In this document: in pieces, positions 1 to 11,085 of the stretch | Position numbering within the stretch: the stretch's first letter is position 1 | Layout of the letters: each line of letters opens with the position of its first letter | Assembly: GCA_032718475.1 (NCBI GenBank) | Contig: JAUCBJ010001453.1 | Coordinates: 1 to 33,742 of the forward strand | Reading direction: 5' to 3' | Length of the DNA stretch: 33,742 bases | DNA from: Nemertoderma westbladi | Lineage: Eukaryota; Animalia; Xenacoelomorpha | The notes under the pieces: model-generated | The model's input: the letters and a program-made list of their open reading frames with translations, nothing else | Database searches by the model: none | Told to the model about the DNA's origin: nothing | Program-made: the position numbers and the translations under genes

Positions 1-292
1 AGACTTCTAGCTTCATCAATGCACTAAATGTTTAAAAAAAAACTGAAACACCGGGATCCCAGCGAAATATCGAATCCCGATTCCGACTTTTTTTGAAACG
101 GGATCCCGAAGTTTAAATGGTTAAATAAATTTGTTGAACATCTAAAAAAAAGTTCCAGCAGAACGGAAATGTTTTGATTATATCTAATTTTTATTTCAGT
201 AAACCATCCAGTAATCAATTATAAGATAATTTTAATATAACTTTATCTTACTAATATTTCAGAAGTGTAAAATAAAGTGAGTGTTACTGAAA

Positions 293-1905
293 CTACTACT
301 ACTACTAGGTCGAGCGAACTCGGACAGTGGAAATGAGATCCTTCCAGGCTTCCCGATTCTCCATAGTTGTCGCAATTGCGTTTCTCCTAAGTTCAGTATC
401 CCTTTCAAGTTGATCTATATATGTTATGGCCGGTCGTCCACGACTACGCTTTCCATGAGTTGGTTGCCAGAAAAGTAGATCTGATATGACCTCGTCTTTA
501 CTTGGCCAGCAGTGCCCACTGAATCGTAATCTGCGTTCACGGAGGGTGGTTGATACAGGTGGTATTGTACCATAAAGCTCGGCGTTTGTCATGTGTTGTC
601 TCCAGCTGATGTTTAGGGCTGCCCTTTGTAGTCTTGTGTAGCAACCATCAATTCGTTGTTCAAGTGATTTAGTCAGTGTCCAGGTCTCACCCCCATATAA
701 AAATACACTTTCCACTGTGGCTCGAAAGAACTTAGTCTTCAGGTGCCTGGAGAGATCTGATTTCCAGATGGTATCCATTTTTGATAGAGCTACCCAAGCC
801 TTTGCTTTCCTAACTTCTATGTCCTTTTTGCTACTCTCTATCCATGATCCAAGGTACTGGAAGTCATCGACCTTCCTTAGTTGATTATTATCAATGGTTG
901 TCAAGTTTCCATCAACATTAAAGGTCATGAATTCGGTCTTTGTAGCATTTATATGCAATCCAACCTCCTTAGCAGCCCTCTCCACTTTATTTAGTAGAAG
1001 CTGTGCATCTGCTAGGGTATTAGAGAGCAGGGCGATGTCATCCGCAAAGTCGGTGTCTGTGACTGTAGTTGCCGGATATCTACTACTTCTGCGTTCTTGA
1101 AGTGTGAATCCCAGGTCTTCACCCTTTGTGGCCGTCCTCATTGCGTAATCCAGCACAATTACAAATAGTAATGGTGCTAATGTGTCACCTTGCAGTACGC
1201 CAGCCAGGATTGAGAAAAACCCAGTTTCACCATCTGGTGAGAGTACCTGCGCTTCTGTGTCACAATACAACAATCCAATGCCAGCAACAATTACTTCTGG
1301 TATTCCATAAGCTCTTAGGATTTCAAGCATTTTACCTCTATGGATGGAGTCGAATGCCTTCTTGAAGTCCACAAAAGTCATGACAGCGGGGAGATTCTTT
1401 GACTTAATTCCTTCAATCAGTCTCCGTAGTGCAAGTATCTGAGCTATTGTTGATCTACTTGGTCGAAATCCGTTTTGGCTCTTACGCAGTAGTTTCTCTA
1501 TGTGAGGCCTAATCCTATATATAATCATTTTATTGTATATTTTGGCAGCTACCACAAGCAGACAGATCCCACGATAGTTTGTTGGTATGCCGAGGTCTCC
1601 TTTCTTGGGGAAAGGCTTTAGTTGACCTTTAGTCCAAATTGGTGGTGGCTTTTCCCCTTTTAACATCCGGTTGCAAACATTCAATAATGGTCTGTTTAGC
1701 ACTCCGGTTTTCCATACCTCCGCTGGGATTTCATCTAATCCACTCTCTTTATTATTGGACATGCTTTTAATGCTTCTTTGGAGTTCGGCAGGTGTGAAGT
1801 CCCCTGTTTCTATAGGTAGTGTCTTGTCATATATTTTCCTTGTACGGCTGACCTCGATGTTTGGTGGCTGCCCAAGCAAGTTGCTGAAGTGATTTTTCCA
1901 CTTCA
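293..1905 (-). mobile_element. 5'-truncated RTE-clade non-LTR retrotransposon (LINE) with (TAG)5 3' tail
   Basis: Uninterrupted RT reading frame. The 3' end is (CTA)5 on + at 293-307, and the first TAG of this tail is the stop codon; short tandem-repeat tails are typical of RTE. The 5' end breaks at ...LKWKNHFSNLL (~1905). Possible short TSD GAAA at 289-292 and 1906-1909 (weak). Confidence 0.9.
305..1905 (-). CDS. Non-LTR reverse transcriptase, C-terminal part of RTE ORF (no endonuclease domain, no true start)
   Basis: Motifs PKKGD..NYRGI, QNGFR, FVDFKKAFDS, GVLQGDTLAP, DFADD, FQYLGS, plus the RTE-type C-terminus (RRLRFSGH, RSRGRP..T, RxxW). The frame is open upstream of the track start (1879) to ~1905. 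Confidence 0.92.
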
Positions 1906-2229
1906 GAAAACCTGGCTCATATACTATTAACTTTGATGAATTTAATCCAAAATTGCAATACCGATCCCGTAAAACGGGATCTCGAGAGGAATAATCCCGG
2001 TCCCGATCCCGGAAATCCCGAAAAGTCTGAATTCGAATATAAACTAAATAAACAACAAACTGAATAGAACTCTAAAGTACAACTTAATTAATGGGCCTGT
2101 GAATACTGTATGGTATTGGAAATGCGAGATGATACTGTATTTTCATGTAAATATTTAGGTAATTTGAATCATTTATTAATAATCAGTAATGCAATGTTTA
2201 TCCTGGCCTTAAAGCATTATTGATAAAAT

Positions 2230-2341
2230 TCCTGATTTTAAAAAAATCAAAACTATCTGATTTTTTTTTATTTTTATATGTGATTTAAATCATGATTTAA
2301 ATCAATGATTTAAATCAAATGATTTAATTCAAACAACCCTG
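2230..2341. mobile_element. One terminus of a hAT-like DNA transposon/MITE
   Basis: Three to four copies of the palindrome TGATTTAAATCA (2281-2331) end in CAACCCTG (2334-2341), which reads CAGGGTTG on the other strand. This is a hAT-type TIR with subterminal repeats. The partner end was not found. Confidence 0.55.
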
Positions 2342-3240
2342 CATGGGTGATAGGGAGTTGTGGCGGCGCAATTTTGTCGACAAGCCGGCACAGCATTTTA
2401 AAAAATGCAGCTGCAATGCAGCATGCCGATCCTAGCTAGTTGGCATTCGGGATACCTGATTTTTCATTTATCAGAAAAACTTGTCAAAGATTACAGTAGT
2501 GACGATATGAAACATGGTTTTGAAAATTTCAGATCAGTTTATAGGTCTATTTATTGCAAGGGAATGTTATATTAAATTTGGTAATGGATCATTATTTTAC
2601 AGTAACGGATTCAAAACAAAACTTGGGAAAAAGACTCCTGGGAAAATTCTAAGAGATACAAAATATCAAAATTGCCGTAGCTCCTATATAATAATTCAAG
2701 GCTATTCATTTGAATCAGTGCAACGAGATGAGTCATATTTCAGTTAATGATGCAACTAATGCTTCATATTTTTCATCAAAATTATTATACAGTACAGTAT
2801 ATCTTGTGTTTTATCAGTGTCCATGATAGTATATTAGTTAGGTGCGGCTCCAATTCTTGGACTGTGTTAATTTATTTTCCCCAGGCACTTTAGAATTATC
2901 CGGATTGGTTTTGAAACGTTGCTTTAATATGAGAATTTCACTATGACTCCTTTCATTATCTTTTCATAAGATCAAAATTTCTAAAATGATCGCATAATTA
3001 ACATTTATATATTTAATTTCTCCTACGCGGATAGAATTCACTCAAGGGAATTATTTATGTGGGTTTAAGTTACTCTGATCAGCCTATCATTATAGTGAAT
3101 TTTAATTGTTTTGAATTTTAACAATTGTTAATTATTAATCTGACGCATATTATATTTATTGTTTCACTAACTAATTTCACCAATTTACAACCCAAATTAA
3201 ATTTGCCACAGTTTGAGTTTGTGTTTTATGTATTTTATTA

Positions 3241-3621
3241 TATCTCAACAATAGACGAAACGAGGAAATATTCTAATAACGATTGTCTTTCTATGTGTAA
3301 GTTTTCCATTTCACCATTCTTATTCGTTTCAGTCTGGGAATAAATTTCGGTTTGCCTATGTTTCATTAGACTAGTTGTCAATGTCCAGGTAAGAAACCAT
3401 TAGGTTTCCATGACAATACAAAATTATCGGGTTAGGACTTTGTATAAAGTACTTTCAAAAGAAAGTATAAGTTAGGACTTTAGCGCTCCCGGAGTTTATG
3501 CAAACGGTTTTATTTTTGTGTTCGATGTGAAATTGGTTATTTGCGGAACTGAGGGGTATTCACAATCAATATTTTCGGTCTTACAATCATTTAGCACTTA
3601 GTACAAATTGAATATAAGTGT
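3241..3621. repeat. Conserved structured core, copy 1 of a decayed ~1.25-1.35 kb tandem duplication
   Basis: Shares blocks with 4478-4890: ATGTCCAGGTAAGAAACCATTA, TTATCGGGTTAGGACTTTGTATA, GACTTTAGCGCTCCCG, GAGGGGTATTC, CGGTCTTA-AATCATTTAGCACTT. Confidence 0.85.
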
Positions 3622-4477
3622 GATTGACTAACCAACGAAATTTAAATAACACGAGAGAAAGTAAAAAACATTATTGATAATAGGTAAAAAAAATTAAAAT
3701 ATAGCAGAAAATAAAAGTCAGAAAAACCGACGTAATGACTTATGTAAAGGAACTTTCATATTTTACCGATTTATAACTGATGTTACACGAATAATGATTG
3801 AATTGTATTATTTTTTCCTGCAAATATTGTAAATTGATAAAAGTGAAACCATAACTATTTTACATGATTGTGTGAAAGGTTTCACATAATCAGTATTTAT
3901 GTACCGAGCGAGGGTGGCGAGGGATGTTTCCATAAATATACAAGGGTCATTCATTCATAAACGTTGACAGTGCCCTTTTCACAAAATGGTGCCATTTTGT
4001 TAAATTATGTCAATTTAAGGGCGTTCTGAATGCTTAATTAGTAGCGTTAATATTGTAATGTTTAGGAATATTCATGAAATTCATATCCTTTTTATGCAAT
4101 TAATTGCAGTTGGTACATCAACTAAACTTACACTTCGCCTACAATCAATGGTTATCAGTAATGGGAAATACTATCAATATTTGTTATATAAGTTTATTGT
4201 TACTAAGTTAGTGATTATTACTTAGCTGCGTTACGAGAATATCACCACATCGAGAAGTTGACATAATGTAACAAGTTATTAATTTTCATAAAAATAGCGC
4301 ACGTTTAGGTACGCCTATAATGCACTAATTATTGCAATTTACCTGCTATAAAAGAAAAGGCAACTTTGTGGAATAAAATTACGCATTACTCTACATAAAC
4401 ACAAATAGAGTTTTCTCTTTAACCATAAAATTGTTTCACTAATAATATTTTCACAAATTTAGAACCTCAATTTGGGG

Positions 4478-4891
4478 TATCTCAACAATTAGACCGGATG
4501 AATTTTGAAATAACGATTGTCAATATATCTAGGTTTTCCATTTCACGGCAATCACTCACTACATAATAATATGTCGCCTGTGCAATAAATGGAAATACAT
4601 TGTATGGATGTCCAGGTAAGAAACCATTACGTTTCCATGACAATACACAGTTATCGGGTTAGGACTTTGTATAGAGTACTTTCAAAGACTATCTAAAAGT
4701 AATAAGTTAAGACTTTAGCGCTCCCGCAGTTTGTGCAAACGCTTTTATTATTAGGTAATTACGTGTGCAATTGGCTATTCGCGAAACGGAGGGGTATTCG
4801 CAATTAACATTCAGCGAGTTAGCGTATTAGGGTATTTGCGGTCTTATAATCATTTAGCACTTGGTAGTTGGTACAAATGGAATGTAAGTGT
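4478..4891. repeat. Conserved structured core, copy 2
   Basis: See copy 1. Weaker similarity continues upstream (GTTTCACTAA ~3161/4433, TTTTCATAA ~2961/4283, GAGAAT-TCAC ~2931/4236). Confidence 0.85.
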
Positions 4892-5584
4892 AAGAAGTGT
4901 GTTTGTAAGTTAGCATTATGGCCATTCCATACTCTTAAGTGTTTAAGTGTGTTTGAAAAGTACCAGTTCCCATAATGCCGCTAAGGGGGGCCAAGTTTTT
5001 CATACACATGACACACTGGACTGCAAAAGTGGTAAAACGCTAACTTGTGGGAAATGGTCTAAAAAACGTTTTGACAAAGTTTCAGATTGCAAGGACCACG
5101 AGTTAGCACTTTGAGTTAGCACTTTGGAAAAGTTAGCACAATAGCGGAAAAAGAGCTTGCAAAGTTAGCCCTTTGGTATATTTGCCAACACCTATAAACT
5201 CACAAATACCACACACACAACTTGTCACAAATTACACACACTCGGGTCACTTGTCCGTTAGTCAATGCCTTCCAGAATGTCACTGTATTATTATGTATCC
5301 TTGGATACTATCAGTGCACTATTTATTCCCTATGCTATTCAATGGGACAAGCTTTCTATTGTTCTTTTAACTCAATTCTAATTCTAGCGTGGTTGTTGCT
5401 ATGGTGACATTATGCAAAGCTAGCGGTAGAATTAGGGTGATTCCAATGCATACAGATCTGGGATGTTATTTAATAGTAATTCTTTAATAGTCAATGTTCT
5501 GTTTTATACATGACTTTATGAATTTTATCGGCTATTGACTATGTTTGGGAGACTTTCACACACTCATACGCATGCTAAGATAAA

Positions 5585-5597
5585 TCTCCGCTCCCTT
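5585..5597 (-). other. Polypurine-tract-like sequence AAGGGAGCGGAGA
   Basis: Purine-rich tract on the gag-coding strand, ~1 kb downstream of the ORF. It is followed by TTTATC rather than a canonical TG LTR start. Confidence 0.3.
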
Positions 5598-5718
5598 GAT
5601 CTATTAATTAATGGAATTTTGGGAACTGTTATAAATTGCGTAAAATGGCAATTTATTAAATTCATTAAAAGGCATGAATTTAAATTTATTCCCTGAAATT
5701 TTATTATTTGATAATTAA

Positions 5719-6040
5719 ATGGACATATTTGGATTCCAGAACATGTCTGGGGACACAAGATCCTTAATTCTATGACAATTGTCTTTTTAAGAATATCGGT
5801 AAATACTACGATATCTTAATTGACTAGAATTATTGAAGGATCTGAATTTTACAGATTTTGACTTATTAGATTTGCAAATATTAATTAATTAATATTTGAG
5901 ATGGGCACCGATTTATTCCAGAACTTGTCTGGGGACGTTAACCACTGATTCTAGAATTTGTCTTTCAAGTATATCGGTGGGTGCCGCGATATCTTAATCG
6001 ACTAGAATTACAGATGGTCAAAGGGTTTAACAGATTTATT
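5719..6040. repeat. Two diverged copies (182-bp offset) of a hairpin + long-stem module
   Basis: TTCCAGAAC(A/T)TGTCTGGGGAC at 5734 and 5916; ATATCGG...CGATATCTTAAT-GACTAGAATTA in both copies. Confidence 0.85.
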
Positions 6041-6555
6041 TTGCGTTATACGCTACTGTTAAAGGGACATCACGCTACTATATGTATTATTTAATATACG
6101 GTATGAGAGCAATATCGCACGAAGCAATGTCAGTGTGAAGAGGCAAGTCGTTTCCAAGGTCTACCCAGAGCTTGGTTTAGCCGAGACACGAGGATCTGAA
6201 CTTTGCATTCCTAATACTCTGCCTACCAATAATACTTAAATATAGTAGTGGCTTTATTGTACTTTAATAAGTACAGACATTTCATCTTACTGTAGTTACG
6301 TATTTATAATATAATACGGACAGTAAGGAAAGAGAAAAATAATTATTTCTTCGCCGTCGCACTAAATATAATATAAGTAAGTATGTACGTAATAAACACG
6401 AATATATTGCACTATTCTACAAAATAATCGCTAAATAATATTCTACTAAATTAAATAAAACGATTATAATAAAATTACATAGTAATACATACATAAATAT
6501 AAAAATAATAATAATAATATAAAATAATAGAGTCACACACCCACTCCATATGTTG

Positions 6556-9500
6556 TTACGTTATGGAGTCCCTAGATGTTTGAAGGATTAGGGAGGTGGT
6601 CGTGGGAAGAGAATCTTGCCTTCCACAGTTTCCGGAGAGTCCTCCATTCCCTTCCGATAAACACAAACGACCGACTGGGTGATTGAGTCGCTGCATCCTG
6701 AATACAATTCCAGGTTTCCTCTTCGTCCTGGAATAGTGACGATAGAAACATCGCTCAAAGTATATGACGGCGTCACAAAGCCGATTCCAGGAGCTATAGT
6801 GGTCCGTCGCTCTCTGCAGGAGAGGTGAGAGTCCCTGCGAGACGTCTGATGTTCCAGAGCTCCAATCGCTCTCTCTGATCTTCATGAAGGATCCACTCGC
6901 GGTGGGGAGGTCCAGATCCACGGCGTCGTCCCTGGCAACATGTAATACCGACAGATCTATCCCGGGTTCAAATAACTCCGATCCACCCGTCCGGGTTTCA
7001 GGTTCGACTTTCTCCGCTCCCTTGGCTGGTCTAATCTCAGTCGGAGTAAGATGGGGAGGCCATTCATTCTCCTTACTCAGGAAGTCGGGTTCACCTAACC
7101 GGTCTATAGTATCTGTCAGTTCTTGAGGAGTTGCTCCTCTGGAAGCGATGTCCGTTGGATTAAACTTCTTGGGGCAATATCTCCATTGATCTACATTGGA
7201 GCTAAGATTGTCATTATCTGAGGAGTATGGTGTTCCCTCAGTTGGGTCGTCTCCCTCACTAGTATCATCTTCCCATTTACTCCGCTGGCAGACGCGATCT
7301 TGAAGCAGTCTTTCTCTGAGCGTTCTACGGGAAGGTCCAGTAAGGTACCAACCTACTCTAGTTCTTACCGCATAGGTCTGTAGTGGCTGCGGTTGAGCAG
7401 GCCGTTTCTCTAATGTCTCCAGCGCCTCATGCGCGTTTTGGCCGATGAGTATTTGCACTCCAGGATAATCAGTCTGGAATCGAGGTATGTTAAGATGTTG
7501 GATGCTCTCATCCTCGTCCCAATTATAAAGGTCTGCTTGAGTAGTAGCGAAGTTCTTTATAGCCACCATTTTCACTGACCTGATGCTATGTTCTCCTAGT
7601 TCGTCCTGGGGGGTGGACAACTCACCTATATAATAGTCGGCAGCTACAGTAGAATTCCAAACCTGCATGATCCCTGACATGTTTAGCTTGGTTCGGAACT
7701 TGGGTTGTCCAGCAAAGATGACTTCGGCTAGTTCTTTATCGATGAATGTTCCTGTGCTACCGGAGTCCAGGAGGGCGTTCACTATATAGCTCTTCTGAGG
7801 TCCGTGGACCCGTAACTGGACTACAGGAAATTCTCGGATTCCTATATTGGAAGTTGGCGCTTTCCAAGATGGTTGTTGATCGGAAGTAGTTAAGGTAAGG
7901 TCGCTGTCTGTGTCTTTCTCATACACGAGTGCTCGATACACTGCGGTGGTGTTTATTAGGTAACAGGATTCGTTTTGGTCGGAGAACTCGTCCGTATAGA
8001 ATCCTTCCATCTCAGATTGATCAGTGTCGTTCACATCACTGAATTGGACATGTAGTTCGGACTCACTTACCTGACTCGGGCTGTTTCGTTCGAATTCCGT
8101 GTGCAACAAGATATGATGTTTTGCGCCGCACTTTGCACACCTTGCGTCGGAGTTACAGGTTCGCCGTTGGTGTCCTCGTCTGAGGCAATTATAACACAAC
8201 CGCTTATCCCACATGACTTCACGTCTATCCTCGAGTGATTTCCTCAGGAATTTATCACACGCATTTAAACGGTGGGGCCCGTCGCACAGCACACATTTCG
8301 GCTTGATGTTACTTACTTTAACCTGTGCTATGTGGTGCACACTTGTTCTTTCCTCGGGCTTTCTCACCTGAATTCCTTTAGGAGACGTAGGAGGGGTTTT
8401 TTGTACCGGTTCCCTTCTGTCATTGGGTCGAGACTTGGATTTACTTACCTGTTCTTTAGGCATTTTATTGACATAATAAGGCCTGTCAGTGTCTTTCTCG
8501 CTGTCCTCTCCTTGAGAGGTTTGGCTTTCACCGTCGTCGGTATAACATACTGGTGTTACCCTTCTCCTAGAAACGGGTTTCTCACTTACCTTGTTTTCCA
8601 ATGTCTTCTCTCTGGACTGCCTTAGGAGCTGTAATTTCACTTCTCTATCTAAGAATGACATGAGATCAGTCATGGTAGGGTCTCGTCGTTGTTGTTCCAT
8701 CATATATAACACCTTCTTATCCCAGCGTGTACCTACTCCACCCTTGGGCAAAGCAGATGCTAAGGCTCTTACAACCATAGAATTCTGGTATTCATGAGAC
8801 TTACCTAGCCAATCTAATTGTCTACAGATCTCCTGAATCTCATCGGAAAACTCTATAATCCCGCTGCTAAGAAACTTTCGGGGCGCCATTAATTTTGCAT
8901 ACAAATACCCAGCTATGTCATTCCTATTACCATACCTGATGTTTAGTGTATCCCAAACTTGTCTTAATCCATCTGGATGTCCAATAAATTTTAACGCCAT
9001 TGACTTGGGAGGTCCTTCCAAACATTCGATGAGGAATCTAAGTTTCTCTCCGTTAGATAGTACAGAGTTCTGTATGTTATCTTTGTAATATTCATTAAAA
9101 GGTAACCATTTCATCTCATCTCCATTGAACTTGACAATCTCTCCAACCTTTACCGCTTGCCGGGCTTCGGTTCTAGCCATTTGACGCGTAAAACTTTCTT
9201 GGGCCATCGTGCTATTTAATATCGAGTTATCGGTATATAAATTTCTCGGATTATGATCAGTTCTATAGGGAATATCATTATCAACAGGTCTATAATTACC
9301 CTTAATAGGGTTCACTATAGGAGTTTCTACTTCGCTAGCAGTATAAATGCGTGTAGGCTCCACACCTTGCGCATGAGATACTTCAGACCTAACGGGTTGA
9401 CACATTGTTACAGGGGGTGGTGGTATACCCTTTTGTAAATTTACTAATTTATCGCGCTCTAGCGCGATATTTTGCTGCACTTCTTGCAACTCTAACTTGC

Positions 9501-10569
9501 TTTCCCTCACTGTTCCCTTTAAATGTTGGACAGTCCCTTCCAACTCTCGGACCTGTTGGGAGGAGTGTCTCTGATTCTCCTTCATCTCTCCGAGGAGAAT
9601 ATCCATCCCCCGCCGTCTCTCGTCTACCCAATCAACCGCCGAAACGGGATCCGCCAACGTCGTAGCGGGCAGACGAGGGACAACGGGCGACAAATTTGGA
9701 ATATTTCGCTCGGGGTCCAGGACCTGAACTGTCTCCTGGGCAGTTCTACGGGGCACAGGTAGCTTAGTGCTATGCAGAGGGAATTTATAGGTAGCTTCAG
9801 GGAGGACAGGTGTATCTATTACCGAAGGGGTGATTTCAAGAACAGGTCCAATTATTTCAGGCTCATCTACTATAGTAGGGAGTCTTTCTACTCTAATTGG
9901 GTCTGAAGGCTCAGGATTACTTAGATCTACACTAGCTAGTTGCCTTCTCACGGCTGTAGGCAAATCAGGCAATTTCTGCCGATGTAGCGCCCTTCTACGT
10001 CCGTTATAACGAGATTTATTTCTTCTGCCTTCAGGATCTGTTGTATCTCCTTCATCAGAGGATGTAAATCCCTGTCTCTTGGAAGTAGTCCGACTTATCA
10101 GCTGCATATCACTAGCCGTTATCTGCTTATTTAAGTAATCGTGCGCCTCTTGAAGATTCTCCAACTCTAGTTGGACCTTTTCTTCAGATGCCCTCCGTTC
10201 CGCTTCTGCCACTGCCATTGCCGCTGCTGCTTTTGCCTTTGCCACTGCTATTGCTGCTGTCTTTCTGTCTTCTATCTGTTTTTTCTTCAACTGTTGTTCC
10301 CATTCTCTAACGATGCGGATTCTTTCATCAACTTCCGCTCTATTCGCTGCCAACATTTCCGCATCTATTGCGTCCAACACAAACTTGGCTCCTTCGCTAT
10401 TAGGGTTAAGTCCCTCTAACCTTCTCCTCAATTCGTCATCACCTAAAAAACGTTGATAGTCTGACAGATAGATATCAATGGCATCCCTCTTATGCGGTTT
10501 CTCTGCTGTCACTTCGCTCTCGGTTGTATCTAGTAGACTGTCTGACAGATTCTGCTTTGCGTCAGACAT
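6556..10569 (-). CDS. BEL/Pao Gag-aspartic protease polyprotein lacking RT, most of RNase H and integrase
   Basis: DUF1759-like capsid region (FNGDEMKWLPF..LSNGEKLRFLIECLEG..LNIRYG). BEL triple knuckle CVLCDGPHRLNAC / CYNCLRRGHQRRTC / CAKCGAKHHILLH. Protease ALLDSGS..ILIG..TRVGWYLTGP. About 50 aa later come the end-of-RNase-H motifs WRYCPKKFNPTDIASRG, GEPDFL..WP and YSSWNRL. No YVDD, HHCC or DDE motifs. Confidence 0.92.
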   Translation of the reverse strand: MSDAKQNLSDSLLDTTESEVTAEKPHKRDAIDIYLSDYQRFLGDDELRRRLEGLNPNSEGAKFVLDAIDAEMLAANRAEVDERIRIVREWEQQLKKKQIEDRKTAAIAVAKAKAAAAMAVAEAERRASEEKVQLELENLQEAHDYLNKQITASDMQLISRTTSKRQGFTSSDEGDTTDPEGRRNKSRYNGRRRALHRQKLPDLPTAVRRQLASVDLSNPEPSDPIRVERLPTIVDEPEIIGPVLEITPSVIDTPVLPEATYKFPLHSTKLPVPRRTAQETVQVLDPERNIPNLSPVVPRLPATTLADPVSAVDWVDERRRGMDILLGEMKENQRHSSQQVRELEGTVQHLKGTVRESKLELQEVQQNIALERDKLVNLQKGIPPPPVTMCQPVRSEVSHAQGVEPTRIYTASEVETPIVNPIKGNYRPVDNDIPYRTDHNPRNLYTDNSILNSTMAQESFTRQMARTEARQAVKVGEIVKFNGDEMKWLPFNEYYKDNIQNSVLSNGEKLRFLIECLEGPPKSMALKFIGHPDGLRQVWDTLNIRYGNRNDIAGYLYAKLMAPRKFLSSGIIEFSDEIQEICRQLDWLGKSHEYQNSMVVRALASALPKGGVGTRWDKKVLYMMEQQRRDPTMTDLMSFLDREVKLQLLRQSREKTLENKVSEKPVSRRRVTPVCYTDDGESQTSQGEDSEKDTDRPYYVNKMPKEQVSKSKSRPNDRREPVQKTPPTSPKGIQVRKPEERTSVHHIAQVKVSNIKPKCVLCDGPHRLNACDKFLRKSLEDRREVMWDKRLCYNCLRRGHQRRTCNSDARCAKCGAKHHILLHTEFERNSPSQVSESELHVQFSDVNDTDQSEMEGFYTDEFSDQNESCYLINTTAVYRALVYEKDTDSDLTLTTSDQQPSWKAPTSNIGIREFPVVQLRVHGPQKSYIVNALLDSGSTGTFIDKELAEVIFAGQPKFRTKLNMSGIMQVWNSTVAADYYIGELSTPQDELGEHSIRSVKMVAIKNFATTQADLYNWDEDESIQHLNIPRFQTDYPGVQILIGQNAHEALETLEKRPAQPQPLQTYAVRTRVGWYLTGPSRRTLRERLLQDRVCQRSKWEDDTSEGDDPTEGTPYSSDNDNLSSNVDQWRYCPKKFNPTDIASRGATPQELTDTIDRLGEPDFLSKENEWPPHLTPTEIRPAKGAEKVEPETRTGGSELFEPGIDLSVLHVARDDAVDLDLPTASGSFMKIRESDWSSGTSDVSQGLSPLLQRATDHYSSWNRLCDAVIYFERCFYRHYSRTKRKPGIVFRMQRLNHPVGRLCLSEGNGGLSGNCGRQDSLPTTTSLILQTSRDSIT

Positions 10570-10639
10570 GCTTATGTGTACAGTTGAATGTCTACTGCTG
10601 TATTACAGTCTGAGCAAGTCTAGTAACTCAGTATTAACT

Positions 10640-11085
10640 GCTAGCCTAGTAATTAATTACCGGTACTGCTACTCAGTGTAGCGTGATATATATAATATAT
10701 TAGAATACCGGTATGCTTATAGTATATATAACTATTATTACAGACTAGGTTTATCACAGAATACCGGTATAATTTTAGCACAAATATATATATATATATA
10801 ATAGGCCTATAGGGAATACCGGTATACAGCTTACAGTTTGTAGCATATATAAGTATAATTCTGGACTAGAATTAATTATAAAGTACCGGTATAATTTCAG
10901 CCTAAATTTATAGAAATAAAGATAATAGGCCTATCGTAAATACCGGTATGCAGTTTACACTTATAGTGTATATATATAAGTATAATTACAAACTAGAATT
11001 AATTACAGAATACCGGTATGATTTCAACCTAAAATTTATAGAAATACATATAATAAGCCTATTGTAAATACCGGTATATCAATTA
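10640..11085. repeat. Degenerate ~50-70 bp tandem repeat (~125-bp higher-order dimer) centred on the palindrome TACCGGTA
   Basis: TACCGGTA starts at 10658, 10706, 10762, 10817, 10884, 10941, 11011 and 11069, with alternating CTAGAATTAATTA and TAATAGGCCTAT spacers. Confidence 0.8.

Larger units (their letters stand above)
50..2045. mobile_element. Possible MITE-like element rich in CGGGAT/ATCCCG motifs, split by the LINE insertion
   Basis: Clusters of GGGATCCC/ATCCCG at ~50-112 and ~1961-2040 flank the LINE. Termini are not resolved. Confidence 0.35.

Noticed and set aside
3428-3435. CCUAACCC on the - strand as a telomerase RNA template; nearby CTTACCTGG as a U1 snRNA 5' end
   Set aside because: Only 8-9-nt matches. 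No pseudoknot, H/ACA box or U1 stem-loops follow, and wobble pairs favour the + strand.
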